Below, in pieces: positions 10,063-17,499 of a DNA stretch of 64,000 nucleotides. This DNA comes from an uncultured Pelagibacteraceae bacterium (lineage in GTDB: Bacteria; Pseudomonadota; Alphaproteobacteria; Pelagibacterales; Pelagibacteraceae). The translations under genes and the position numbers were made by a program. The notes beneath the pieces were generated by a model, which did no database searches, was not told the origin of the DNA, and worked only from the letters and a program-made list of their open reading frames with translations. Location: NCBI GenBank assembly GCA_902623215.1, contig CACNSS010000003.1:51331-115330 (forward strand), given 5' to 3'. How positions within the stretch are numbered: position 1 is the stretch's first letter; every line of letters begins with the position of its first letter.

Positions 10063-10964
10063 TGGATATTTATATAAAACTTTTTGAGGTTTTATTTCCA
10101 GTATTTTTTGTAGTTGGTATTGGATATTACTTAGGTAAAAAAAATCCAAAAATAGATACAACTTTTATTACTAATTTTGCTGCTAATGTTGGAACCCCAG
10201 CAATGATTATTTATGCGTTAAATCCAGTTAATATCTCTTTCAATATTTTTTTAAATTATTTTTGGTATTACGCGCTAGCTATTGTTGGTTTTATGATTAC
10301 TGGAGTTATAATACTATTTCTACTAAACACTAAAGATATTATAAGAGAATTACCTCCACTAACAATGCCAAATACTGGAAATATGGGCTTGCCTATATGT
10401 TTGTTTGCTTATGGTTCACAAGGACTTGGAGTTTCAGCCGCAATATCTGCTTTAATTATTTTATGCCATTTTACCCTAGGTGTATTTCTTGCTGATAGAA
10501 AATTTAGTTTGGACGTTATACTTAAAAGCCCTCCGTTTTACGCAATAATAATTTCTGTTTTTTTGCTTTATTACGACTTAGAACTTCCAGGATTTGTTGA
10601 AAATACCACTTTTCTATTAATGTATGCTACAATATTTCTAATCTTAATGTCTTTAGGAATTGCTCTAACAAGACTAAAGGTCTTCTCACTTAATAAAGCA
10701 ATATTTTCATCTATAGGACGAGTAATCATTGGTCCTATAATTGGATACTTTTTGATTTTATATTTTAATTTAGAGGGATTTGCAGCCGGTGTTTTATTAA
10801 TTCAATGTTCTATGCCAAGTGCGGTTCTTAATTACCTTGTTGCCTCTATATATTCTCCTAAAAAGATTGTTGATAGTGTTGCTAGTACTATTGTTGTTTC
10901 GACATTGATGTCATTTATAACTGTGCCAATAGTAGTATTCTTTGCTTTAAAATACTTTAATTAA
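10062..10964 (+). CDS. AEC-family (membrane transport protein) permease
   Basis: About 10 TM helices; PNTGNMGLP, SMPSAV motifs. Confidence 0.85.
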   Translation: MDIYIKLFEVLFPVFFVVGIGYYLGKKNPKIDTTFITNFAANVGTPAMIIYALNPVNISFNIFLNYFWYYALAIVGFMITGVIILFLLNTKDIIRELPPLTMPNTGNMGLPICLFAYGSQGLGVSAAISALIILCHFTLGVFLADRKFSLDVILKSPPFYAIIISVFLLYYDLELPGFVENTTFLLMYATIFLILMSLGIALTRLKVFSLNKAIFSSIGRVIIGPIIGYFLILYFNLEGFAAGVLLIQCSMPSAVLNYLVASIYSPKKIVDSVASTIVVSTLMSFITVPIVVFFALKYFN

Positions 10965-10982
10965 TATATATCCTATTAATAG

Positions 10983-11828
10983 ATGAAGGCTATAACTTTC
11001 AATCTATTGGCCTGGGTAATGCTTCCAATTATGGATGGATTTGCAAAATATCTAAGTTCTGATCTTCCAGTCTTACAAATAACTTGGGCAAGATATTTTT
11101 TTACCGTTGCATTTACTTTTCCAATTATGTTCCTATTTTTTAGAAAAAATCTTGTGTGGACTGATAAACCAAAATTACAAATTACGAGAGGAATAATTCT
11201 TCTAACAGCTAATATTTGTTTCTTTTATGCAATTTCGATAATTTCTTTAGCTAAAGCACTAACTTTGGCTTTTGTTGCTCCTTTAATTGTAACTGCCTTT
11301 TCTCCAATTTTTTTAGGTGAGAGAGTTGGATTTAGGAGATGGTCTGCAGTTATTATAGGATTTATAGGCTCATTAGTAGTTATAAGACCTGGTTTTGTTG
11401 AAATAAATTTAGCAAGTATTGCTGCGCTTGGGACAGGTGTAATGTATGGGTTTTATTTAATTATTACTCGTAAATTGAGCACGTCAGACAACCCTTTATT
11501 AACTTTATTATTAACTGGTGTGGTAGGGGTCATAATCATATCTTTTGTGATGCCATTTGTTTGGGTTAAACCTAATTTTAATCAGTGGTCTATCATGGCT
11601 GCAATAGGTATTTTTGCATGTTTAGGCCATTTTTTTCTAATATTGTCTCTTAAATACGCTGATGCCTCTAAATTAGCTCCATTTAGTTACTTTGAAATTA
11701 TTACAAACATAATTATAGGTTATTATTTCTTTAGTGATTTCCCGGATAATTGGACTTTTTCAGGTTTATTTATTATTGTATTAAGTGGTATCTATATTTC
11801 AAGAAGGGAGAACTTAGTAAAAAAGTAA
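10983..11828 (+). CDS. DMT/EamA-family transporter
   Basis: Two EamA repeats; LGERVG.RRW..V..GF.G.LVVIRPG, ADASKLAPF.Y. Confidence 0.9.
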   Translation: MKAITFNLLAWVMLPIMDGFAKYLSSDLPVLQITWARYFFTVAFTFPIMFLFFRKNLVWTDKPKLQITRGIILLTANICFFYAISIISLAKALTLAFVAPLIVTAFSPIFLGERVGFRRWSAVIIGFIGSLVVIRPGFVEINLASIAALGTGVMYGFYLIITRKLSTSDNPLLTLLLTGVVGVIIISFVMPFVWVKPNFNQWSIMAAIGIFACLGHFFLILSLKYADASKLAPFSYFEIITNIIIGYYFFSDFPDNWTFSGLFIIVLSGIYISRRENLVKK

Positions 11829-12291
11829 AATAATAGGTATTATTTATTTACTATTATCTAAAGTGTTACATTAAATATTAATTTTAAACTATTGTTTTTA
11901 TTGTATTTTATTAATAATATAAATAATATAATTTTTGAATAGCTTAGATTATTTAATGTTAAAATTTGATTTATTTACCATGCAAGAGTGTAGATTTATA
12001 ACAAATTATGAAAAATATCAAATAGCCTTTTAAAATAGGGGGTTTTCCGATTGTAGTAATGAAAATTTCCTAAAAATAGGGCAGTCCAAAAGCATTAATA
12101 TAGTTAAATAGTAGAGCGATGCACTAATCGAATATACCATTTAAACGCGCGTAGAGGGGTCTATTTTAAGTATAGTTAATATATGGTACAACTAAAGGGT
12201 GAATTATGTTATTTAGAAGGAAATCACGTAAAAAGGTAAAAAAAGGTTGATTTTACTTACTTTTTTAACTTAAAAAAGGTTTAAAATAGCG

Positions 12292-12570
12292 CTAAATAGA
12301 TACTTTTTCAGATTTAAGTAATTTGAGCTTTTGCCTGATTCCACCTCTCCCAGAATATCCTCCAAGACCTCCATCAGATCTAATCACTCTATGACAGGGT
12401 ATTTTTGGAGCATATGGGTTTTTAGCACAAGCATTTGCGACTGCACGGGCTGCTTTAGGGTTTTTAATGGCAATTGCTACTTGTTTATATGTTTTCACAC
12501 TACCTTTAGGGATAGTAATTAGATATTTCCAAACTTTTAATTGAAATTTTGTTCCACGTAGGGGTTTCAT
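12292..12570 (-). CDS. ogt: O6-methylguanine-DNA methyltransferase family protein (C-terminal domain only, 92 aa)
   Basis: GTKFQ.KVW..L..IP.G...TY..VA, ARAVA.A...NP....IPCHRVI (active-site Cys); ATG 12570 preferred because the upstream in-frame stretch is a terminator hairpin. Confidence 0.88.
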   Translation of the reverse strand: MKPLRGTKFQLKVWKYLITIPKGSVKTYKQVAIAIKNPKAARAVANACAKNPYAPKIPCHRVIRSDGGLGGYSGRGGIRQKLKLLKSEKVSI

Positions 12571-12616
12571 AAAAAAAAACCCTGATTCTTTACACTTTTT
12601 ACGGTGCAAAGATCAG
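12571..12616 (-). terminator. Intrinsic terminator immediately upstream of the ogt start codon
   Basis: Minus strand CUGAUCUUUGCAC-CGUAAAAA-GUGUAAAGAAUCAG (13 bp, one bulged A, one G-U), then GG, U9 and AUG. Confidence 0.75.
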
Positions 12617-12619
12617 AAT

Positions 12620-12760
12620 TTTATGGCTCGTCGTTTTATGCGCTACCGCCGAACCGACCACCCTGTATGTTTAGCGCTGCTTTACAGGGTTTTCTGCCCT
12701 CCAGACTTAAACCTCTCGGCCTTTCTCTGGCTGGCCAGTTAAGAGTTGCCTCTTAAGTTG
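12620..12760 (-). ncRNA. GC-rich structured RNA, C4/CI antisense-RNA-like three-way junction
   Basis: Minus strand: UUAAGAG-GCAA-CUCUUAA hairpin; P1 AACUGGCCA/UGGUCGGUU (12740-12732 with 12660-12652); P2 CCAGA/UCUGG capped by AGGCC-GAGA-GGUUU; P3 CCCUGUA/UACAGGG with 15-nt loop. Two GNRA loops set the strand. Family call is by resemblance only. Confidence 0.65.
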
Positions 12761-12765
12761 ATTTA

Positions 12766-12774
12766 ATCATACCA
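12766..12774 (-). promoter_or_regulatory. Extended -10 promoter for the structured RNA/ogt transcript
   Basis: Minus strand TGGTATGAT (TGn-TATGAT) about 10 nt before the first hairpin. Confidence 0.55.
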
Positions 12775-12853
12775 GACTGAAATTTAAATTGTTATCACTA
12801 ATTAGTTGTTTTTTATAATTAAATGATTTTTCTGTGAATTTCGGGGATAACTT

Positions 12854-13027
12854 TTATTTTGTAAGCAGTATTAGGTAACTTGCAAAGAATATAATCGCCA
12901 TACTTGATAGAAATATTGTATTTATACTTTTACCAGTATTTTTATACTGAATAACACTTAAAATAATAAATCCAATTGAACTTATTAAAAACCATACCGC
13001 AGGAATTTCTCCATTAATTGATCCCAT
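12854..13027 (-). CDS. Small hypothetical membrane protein (57 aa, 2 TM)
   Basis: MGSINGEIPAVWFLISSIGFIILSVIQY...IFLSSMAIIFFASYLILLTK; two hydrophobic segments. Confidence 0.55.
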   Translation of the reverse strand: MGSINGEIPAVWFLISSIGFIILSVIQYKNTGKSINTIFLSSMAIIFFASYLILLTK

Positions 13028-13046
13028 ATATTTGCAATTTAAACTA

Positions 13047-13075
13047 TTGACATTAAAAATCACTTGATATATTAT
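13047..13075 (+). promoter_or_regulatory. Sigma70 promoter of the recombinase gene
   Basis: TTGACA (13047-13052), 17-nt spacer, TATTAT (13070-13075). Confidence 0.7.
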
Positions 13076-13105
13076 TAATGATAATTAATTGTTATCAATA
13101 GTAAT
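13071..13105. repeat. 14-7-14 imperfect inverted repeat (candidate recombinase site)
   Basis: ATTATTAATGATAA-TTAATTG-TTATCAATAGTAAT; arms match at 12/14; ends 3 nt before the recombinase ATG. Confidence 0.65.
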
Positions 13106-13108
13106 TAT

Positions 13109-14062
13109 ATGAATGAATTGACAACAGACTTAAAATCGCTTCATGAGGCAACTTTAAACAATCTCAAAACCTCAAAAGCAAATAACACTCTAAGGGCATA
13201 TAAATCAGACTTTAAAGACTTTGGAGCTTTTTGTGCAAAACATGGTCTAAATTCATTACCCTCAGAGCCAAAAATTGTGTCTTTGTACCTAACCCATCTT
13301 TCTAAGAATTCAAAAATTAGCACTTTAAGAAGAAGATTAGTGTCCATTAGCATGGTGCATAAACTCAAAGGGCATTATTTAGATATAAAACACCCAATTA
13401 TTGTTGAAAATCTAATGGGTATAAAAAGGGTAAAAGGAAGCATTCAAAAAGGTAAAAAACCTCTATTAATCAATCATTTAAAATTAATAATTAATGTAAT
13501 AGATGAACAAAAAATTGAGGATATAAAGAAGCATAGAGACAAGTCAATTATCTTAGTGGGCTTTGGAGGCGGTTTTAGACGAACTGAACTAATTTCAATT
13601 GATCATGAAGATCTAGAATTTGTAACTGAAGGTCTTAAAATCACCATCAGAAGATCAAAAACTGATCAATTCGGCGAAGGAATGATCAAAGGACTACCCT
13701 ACTTTACTAATGAAAAATATTGCCCTGTAGTCAATCTTAAAAAATGGCTAGAAATTTCTAAAATTAAATCTGGACCTATTTTTAGAAGATTTTCTAAGGG
13801 ATCGTCTTTAACAGAAAAAAGATTAACCGACCAATCAGTAGTTTTATTAATGAAAGAATATTTAAATCTAGCAGGTATTGAAAATAAAAATTATGCAGGT
13901 CATAGTTTAAGATCTGGTTTTGCAACTGTTGCTGCAGAATCTGGTGCTGATGAACGTAGTATTATGGCAATGACTGGCCACAAAACAACACAAATGGTTA
14001 GAAGATACATAAAAGAAGCAAATGTCTTTAAAAATAATGCTTTAAATAAATTAAAAATCTAA
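13109..14062 (+). CDS. Tyrosine recombinase, Cre-like clade
   Basis: N-terminal ANNTLRAYKSD...STLRRRLVSI; catalytic R (GFRRTEL), K (RSKTDQ), HxxR (GHSLRSG), H (TGHK), Y (MVRRY). Confidence 0.93.
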   Translation: MNELTTDLKSLHEATLNNLKTSKANNTLRAYKSDFKDFGAFCAKHGLNSLPSEPKIVSLYLTHLSKNSKISTLRRRLVSISMVHKLKGHYLDIKHPIIVENLMGIKRVKGSIQKGKKPLLINHLKLIINVIDEQKIEDIKKHRDKSIILVGFGGGFRRTELISIDHEDLEFVTEGLKITIRRSKTDQFGEGMIKGLPYFTNEKYCPVVNLKKWLEISKIKSGPIFRRFSKGSSLTEKRLTDQSVVLLMKEYLNLAGIENKNYAGHSLRSGFATVAAESGADERSIMAMTGHKTTQMVRRYIKEANVFKNNALNKLKI

Positions 14063-14967
14063 ATAATCATCCATTTTTCTGGCCAGAAGTCTTTATTATT
14101 TGAAGGATTTAGATTTTTTGGCCTAACACATATTTTATCATCAAAATTTGATAACCAAGCACCCCACCAGTGGAAAGTTGATGGTCCAACTATAAAATAT
14201 CTACATTGCGTAAGTAGAAAAAAATCGGTCAAAATTTTATTTTTATCATTAATAACAAAAGTAAATTTTTTGTTATCAAAATATTTTTCCAGATTATCAA
14301 AATTATTACTCCAAATTAGGTATTTAGGATTATCAATTTTTTTATCAAAGAATTTTATTGCTTGAGTAATATAGTCTATAGTTTTTTCAACAAATAAAAA
14401 AGATTTATTTAAACTGGCTTCAGAATATCTATTACTAATTCTTTCTGAAAATCTATTCTGTCTTACACAAATTGAAACTACATTATTTTTTTTTATGATA
14501 TTAAGGTATTTATTATCAGAAAATTGGTTTTTATTTTTAAAATCAAACTCATTTAACAAGTCATTACGATAATCGTAAAAATATTTTTCACTCTCAAAAT
14601 TTCCATCAATAAAAAAATAATCGTAAGCCTTAGATAAATCTAAAGGGGAATATTGTGAAAACTTCTTAGAATCTTTTTTTTCAAAATAGAATTTCTTATT
14701 TACATTAAACTTATCTAAATAAATTAAAACTTTTTTTAATAAATTTTTATAGTGATTCTCAAAAGTAAACTCTTTAGAGGCTTTAATGGCGGATATGCAA
14801 AATTTATCCAATATGAAATCATACATATTTTTTTTATGGTAATATCCGCTTAATGTATCTATATAATGATCGAAATTATTTTTTTTACACAAAGAATATG
14901 AATTAGCATACATAAAAAGTTGATTTCCAAGTCCTTCTGATATCTTGGTGATAATTTTTTTTTTCAT
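14059..14967 (-). CDS. GT11-family (alpha-1,2-fucosyltransferase-like) glycosyltransferase
   Basis: GLGNQLF.Y, G.FESEKYF, STFHWWGAWL motifs. Confidence 0.85.
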   Translation of the reverse strand: MKKKIITKISEGLGNQLFMYANSYSLCKKNNFDHYIDTLSGYYHKKNMYDFILDKFCISAIKASKEFTFENHYKNLLKKVLIYLDKFNVNKKFYFEKKDSKKFSQYSPLDLSKAYDYFFIDGNFESEKYFYDYRNDLLNEFDFKNKNQFSDNKYLNIIKKNNVVSICVRQNRFSERISNRYSEASLNKSFLFVEKTIDYITQAIKFFDKKIDNPKYLIWSNNFDNLEKYFDNKKFTFVINDKNKILTDFFLLTQCRYFIVGPSTFHWWGAWLSNFDDKICVRPKNLNPSNNKDFWPEKWMII

Positions 14968-14980
14968 TAATTAAAAAAAG

Positions 14981-17107
14981 TTAATACAAATTATATTTTT
15001 TACCTAAAGATATATCAATTATATATTTGGTTATTCTTTTTTCGTTAAAAAGTTTAAAATATTTTTTTTTTCCATTTTTTGCAATTTCAATTCTTGATTT
15101 ATCATTTTTTGCATAAAATTTTATTTTTTCGGATAAATCATTTATATCATTATAAAAAACTATCTCTTTATTTGAGAAAAAATGATCTATTTTAACCTTT
15201 TTATCAATGAACGTTAAAAGACCATTACCCATAATTGAAGCTATTCTGTTACTTGAATAGTACTTTGTTGGTTTTCCTCGACTTAAATTTAAAGCCATCT
15301 TGGAATTAATGAGTGTTCTGAAGAAATTATTACCCCAAATAGGTTGTTTATTAGCAAAACCATAAAAATCATATTTAATTTCCGGAATTTTTTTTACTAA
15401 TTTATTTAAAAAATTTATTCTGTCATCTTCTGTGCCCTCTTTTAAGACAGCTCTATTGACTCCATGACTCATTGCATAAAAAAGATCTTTTTGAGGATTA
15501 AGCTTATAAACATCAAAAAATTCAATGTTTTTATCAACTGGTACAAAAAAAAAATGTAGATTCTTAATACTTTTATCTTGTTTAATTAATTCATCTGGAT
15601 GAGTAGTTATAAAAGTGTGATCAACAAGATTAGAATATCTTTTGATATTTAAAATATTATCCTTAGAGTAATTCAAACTTGGCATCACAGGATCTTCGTT
15701 CCATTGTGAAACTATTAGGTTTCTATTTATATTTTTAAAATTATCTATAGTCTCAGTATTAATATTTTTTGTATGCCCAAAAAAAACTAAATCTGGGTTA
15801 TAATTTTTAAATGTTTCTAATAGATATTGCTGGAAATTATTTTTTTTATAGAGAAAATTTAAAGATCTATTATTTCTAACATAATCTCTATCACTTATCT
15901 CTAATACGTCATGGCCATTTCTAATAAATCCATTAGAAAATTTTTTGCCAATTGAAATATTATAAAGCCTGTGGTTAAGTTTTTGACCCTGATTATATAT
16001 ATTTAAAATTTTTATCTTTTTTTTAATAAAATTGAAATTACTGTAAGGTAGGCTTTCTAACCTTAACTTATCTATAATTTTTGTGTTTAAAGAAATAATG
16101 TGTTGAACATTTTTTAATGAATCTCTTTGAATTTGTTTTCTTTTTTTAACATTTTTTATTAAATAACGTATTTGTTTATAAATAGAATCATCGTTTAGAT
16201 TTTTTAATATTAGTGCTTGATTTGTAGTTTCAGGCAATCCACCTTTATTAGATATTATAGTTGCACAACCTCTTGACGAAGCCTCTAAAGCTGTTCTGCC
16301 GAATGGCTCCTCCCACTTGGAAGGAACTACTGATATTGAAGTCTTATCCAAAATTTCTAAAACATTTTTATGATTTAGAAATCCTAGTTCATAGTGATTT
16401 TTGTGGTTTATATAAATTTCTCTTCTTTCCTCATCGCCAAGTGAATAAGCTTTCCAATCAGGAAATTCATCAAGAATTTTGACAATAGCTTCAGCAAAAA
16501 GATCATATCCTTTAGATCTATTTAATTTTCCTATAAAAGTAATTAATTTCTTTTTTTTAGATATTTTTTTTTTGATATTTACACTTGGATAAACTACTTC
16601 TGTTTTAGTTTTTAATTTGTCATCAATATCGATAAAAAATCTTTTTTGAGTCCATTCACTTACAAAGATGATTTTTTCAACATTAGAAATTATATTTAAT
16701 CTTTGATTGATTGTTTTTGATCCATTCATTGATAAAGGATCGTTATGAAAATACATTATATACCTACTTTTTATTTTTTTTGTTAATTCATCTAATATTA
16801 TTGGTCTATTATGTATTTCGATTAAATCATATTTTTGATATTTAAATTTTTTGATTAATTTATTTATATATTCTTTAGTAGCACTTTTAAATTTAGATTT
16901 AATGTTATTTAGTTCAATATTAAAATAGTTTTTTGTTAAATAGTCTTTATTTTTTGTATGACCGTAAATGTGATTTGTTTTATTGTATTTTGATTTTTTA
17001 TAAAATTCTGAAACCCATAAAGATGCTGCTGAGGCCTTAGCATAAGTATAATTTTCTTTGTAAGGTAATATTGTAGCAATTTTAATATTTTTTTTTATTG
17101 TAGACAT
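14981..17107 (-). CDS. Two-domain glycosyltransferase (GT4 plus CgeB-like GT-B domain)
   Basis: N-half KGY...VPSKWEEPFGRTALEA; C-half SKMALNLSR...YSSNR...GNG.L.. Confidence 0.85.
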   Translation of the reverse strand: MSTIKKNIKIATILPYKENYTYAKASAASLWVSEFYKKSKYNKTNHIYGHTKNKDYLTKNYFNIELNNIKSKFKSATKEYINKLIKKFKYQKYDLIEIHNRPIILDELTKKIKSRYIMYFHNDPLSMNGSKTINQRLNIISNVEKIIFVSEWTQKRFFIDIDDKLKTKTEVVYPSVNIKKKISKKKKLITFIGKLNRSKGYDLFAEAIVKILDEFPDWKAYSLGDEERREIYINHKNHYELGFLNHKNVLEILDKTSISVVPSKWEEPFGRTALEASSRGCATIISNKGGLPETTNQALILKNLNDDSIYKQIRYLIKNVKKRKQIQRDSLKNVQHIISLNTKIIDKLRLESLPYSNFNFIKKKIKILNIYNQGQKLNHRLYNISIGKKFSNGFIRNGHDVLEISDRDYVRNNRSLNFLYKKNNFQQYLLETFKNYNPDLVFFGHTKNINTETIDNFKNINRNLIVSQWNEDPVMPSLNYSKDNILNIKRYSNLVDHTFITTHPDELIKQDKSIKNLHFFFVPVDKNIEFFDVYKLNPQKDLFYAMSHGVNRAVLKEGTEDDRINFLNKLVKKIPEIKYDFYGFANKQPIWGNNFFRTLINSKMALNLSRGKPTKYYSSNRIASIMGNGLLTFIDKKVKIDHFFSNKEIVFYNDINDLSEKIKFYAKNDKSRIEIAKNGKKKYFKLFNEKRITKYIIDISLGKKYNLY

Positions 17108-17345
17108 TTATTAGTTTAAATCTTTTCAATCTATCTTTTTTTAATTCATACTCATACGAAAGAGCTTTAGATTTTTTGAAAAAACTTTTTTTATAAACAA
17201 GTTCCCATTTATATCCTCTTGTTGCTTTTGCCCCTTTATTAGTATTGTGTTTTATTAGTCTACTTTTTATATTATTTGTAAATCCAACATAAGACTTATT
17301 TTTAAACCCTTTTGTAGTTTTTATAAGATACACATAATATATCAT
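17082..17345 (-). CDS. GIY-YIG nuclease family protein
   Basis: YYVYLI...SYVGFTNN...RL.KHN..KGAKAT...ALSYEY.LK. Confidence 0.9.
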   Translation of the reverse strand: MIYYVYLIKTTKGFKNKSYVGFTNNIKSRLIKHNTNKGAKATRGYKWELVYKKSFFKKSKALSYEYELKKDRLKRFKLINVYNKKKY

Positions 17346-17365
17346 TTATGTATTAATAGTAATAA

Positions 17366-17440
17366 TGGCGGTCCCTAGGGGAATCGAACCCCTCTTTCGA
17401 GGATGAAAACCACGTGTCCTAACCGATAGACGAAGGGACC
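17366..17440 (-). tRNA. tRNA-Glu(UUC)
   Basis: Cloverleaf, acceptor GGTCCCT/AGGGACC, anticodon TTC, GGTTCGATTCC, encoded CCA. Confidence 0.96.
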
Positions 17441-17499
17441 AAAAAGCAGTCTTTTATTGTATAAAAAGTTATTTATCAAGTCTTTAAAATATATGATCA

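Noticed and set aside
12637-12647. GGTAGCGCAT shared with the tRNA-Pro D-arm
   Set aside because: Only 10 nt and from the D-arm rather than the usual attB region; likely chance.
12571-12780. 6S RNA, tmRNA, SRP RNA, RNase P RNA or a tRNA as the identity of the GC-rich RNA
   Set aside because: No long rod with central bubble, no T-loop or CCA end, no SRP or RNase P signature sequences.
12830-12867. DnaA-box-like (TGTGAATTT, CGGGGATAA) or 11-6-11 dif-like sequence
   Set aside because: At least two mismatches per DnaA box and no cluster; the XerD-like arm matches only 6/11 and overlaps a stop codon.
11829-17440. Prophage or integrative island anchored at tRNA-Glu
   Set aside because: No duplicate of the tRNA 3' end found by eye, the recombinase is not adjacent to the tRNA, and there are no phage or transfer genes.
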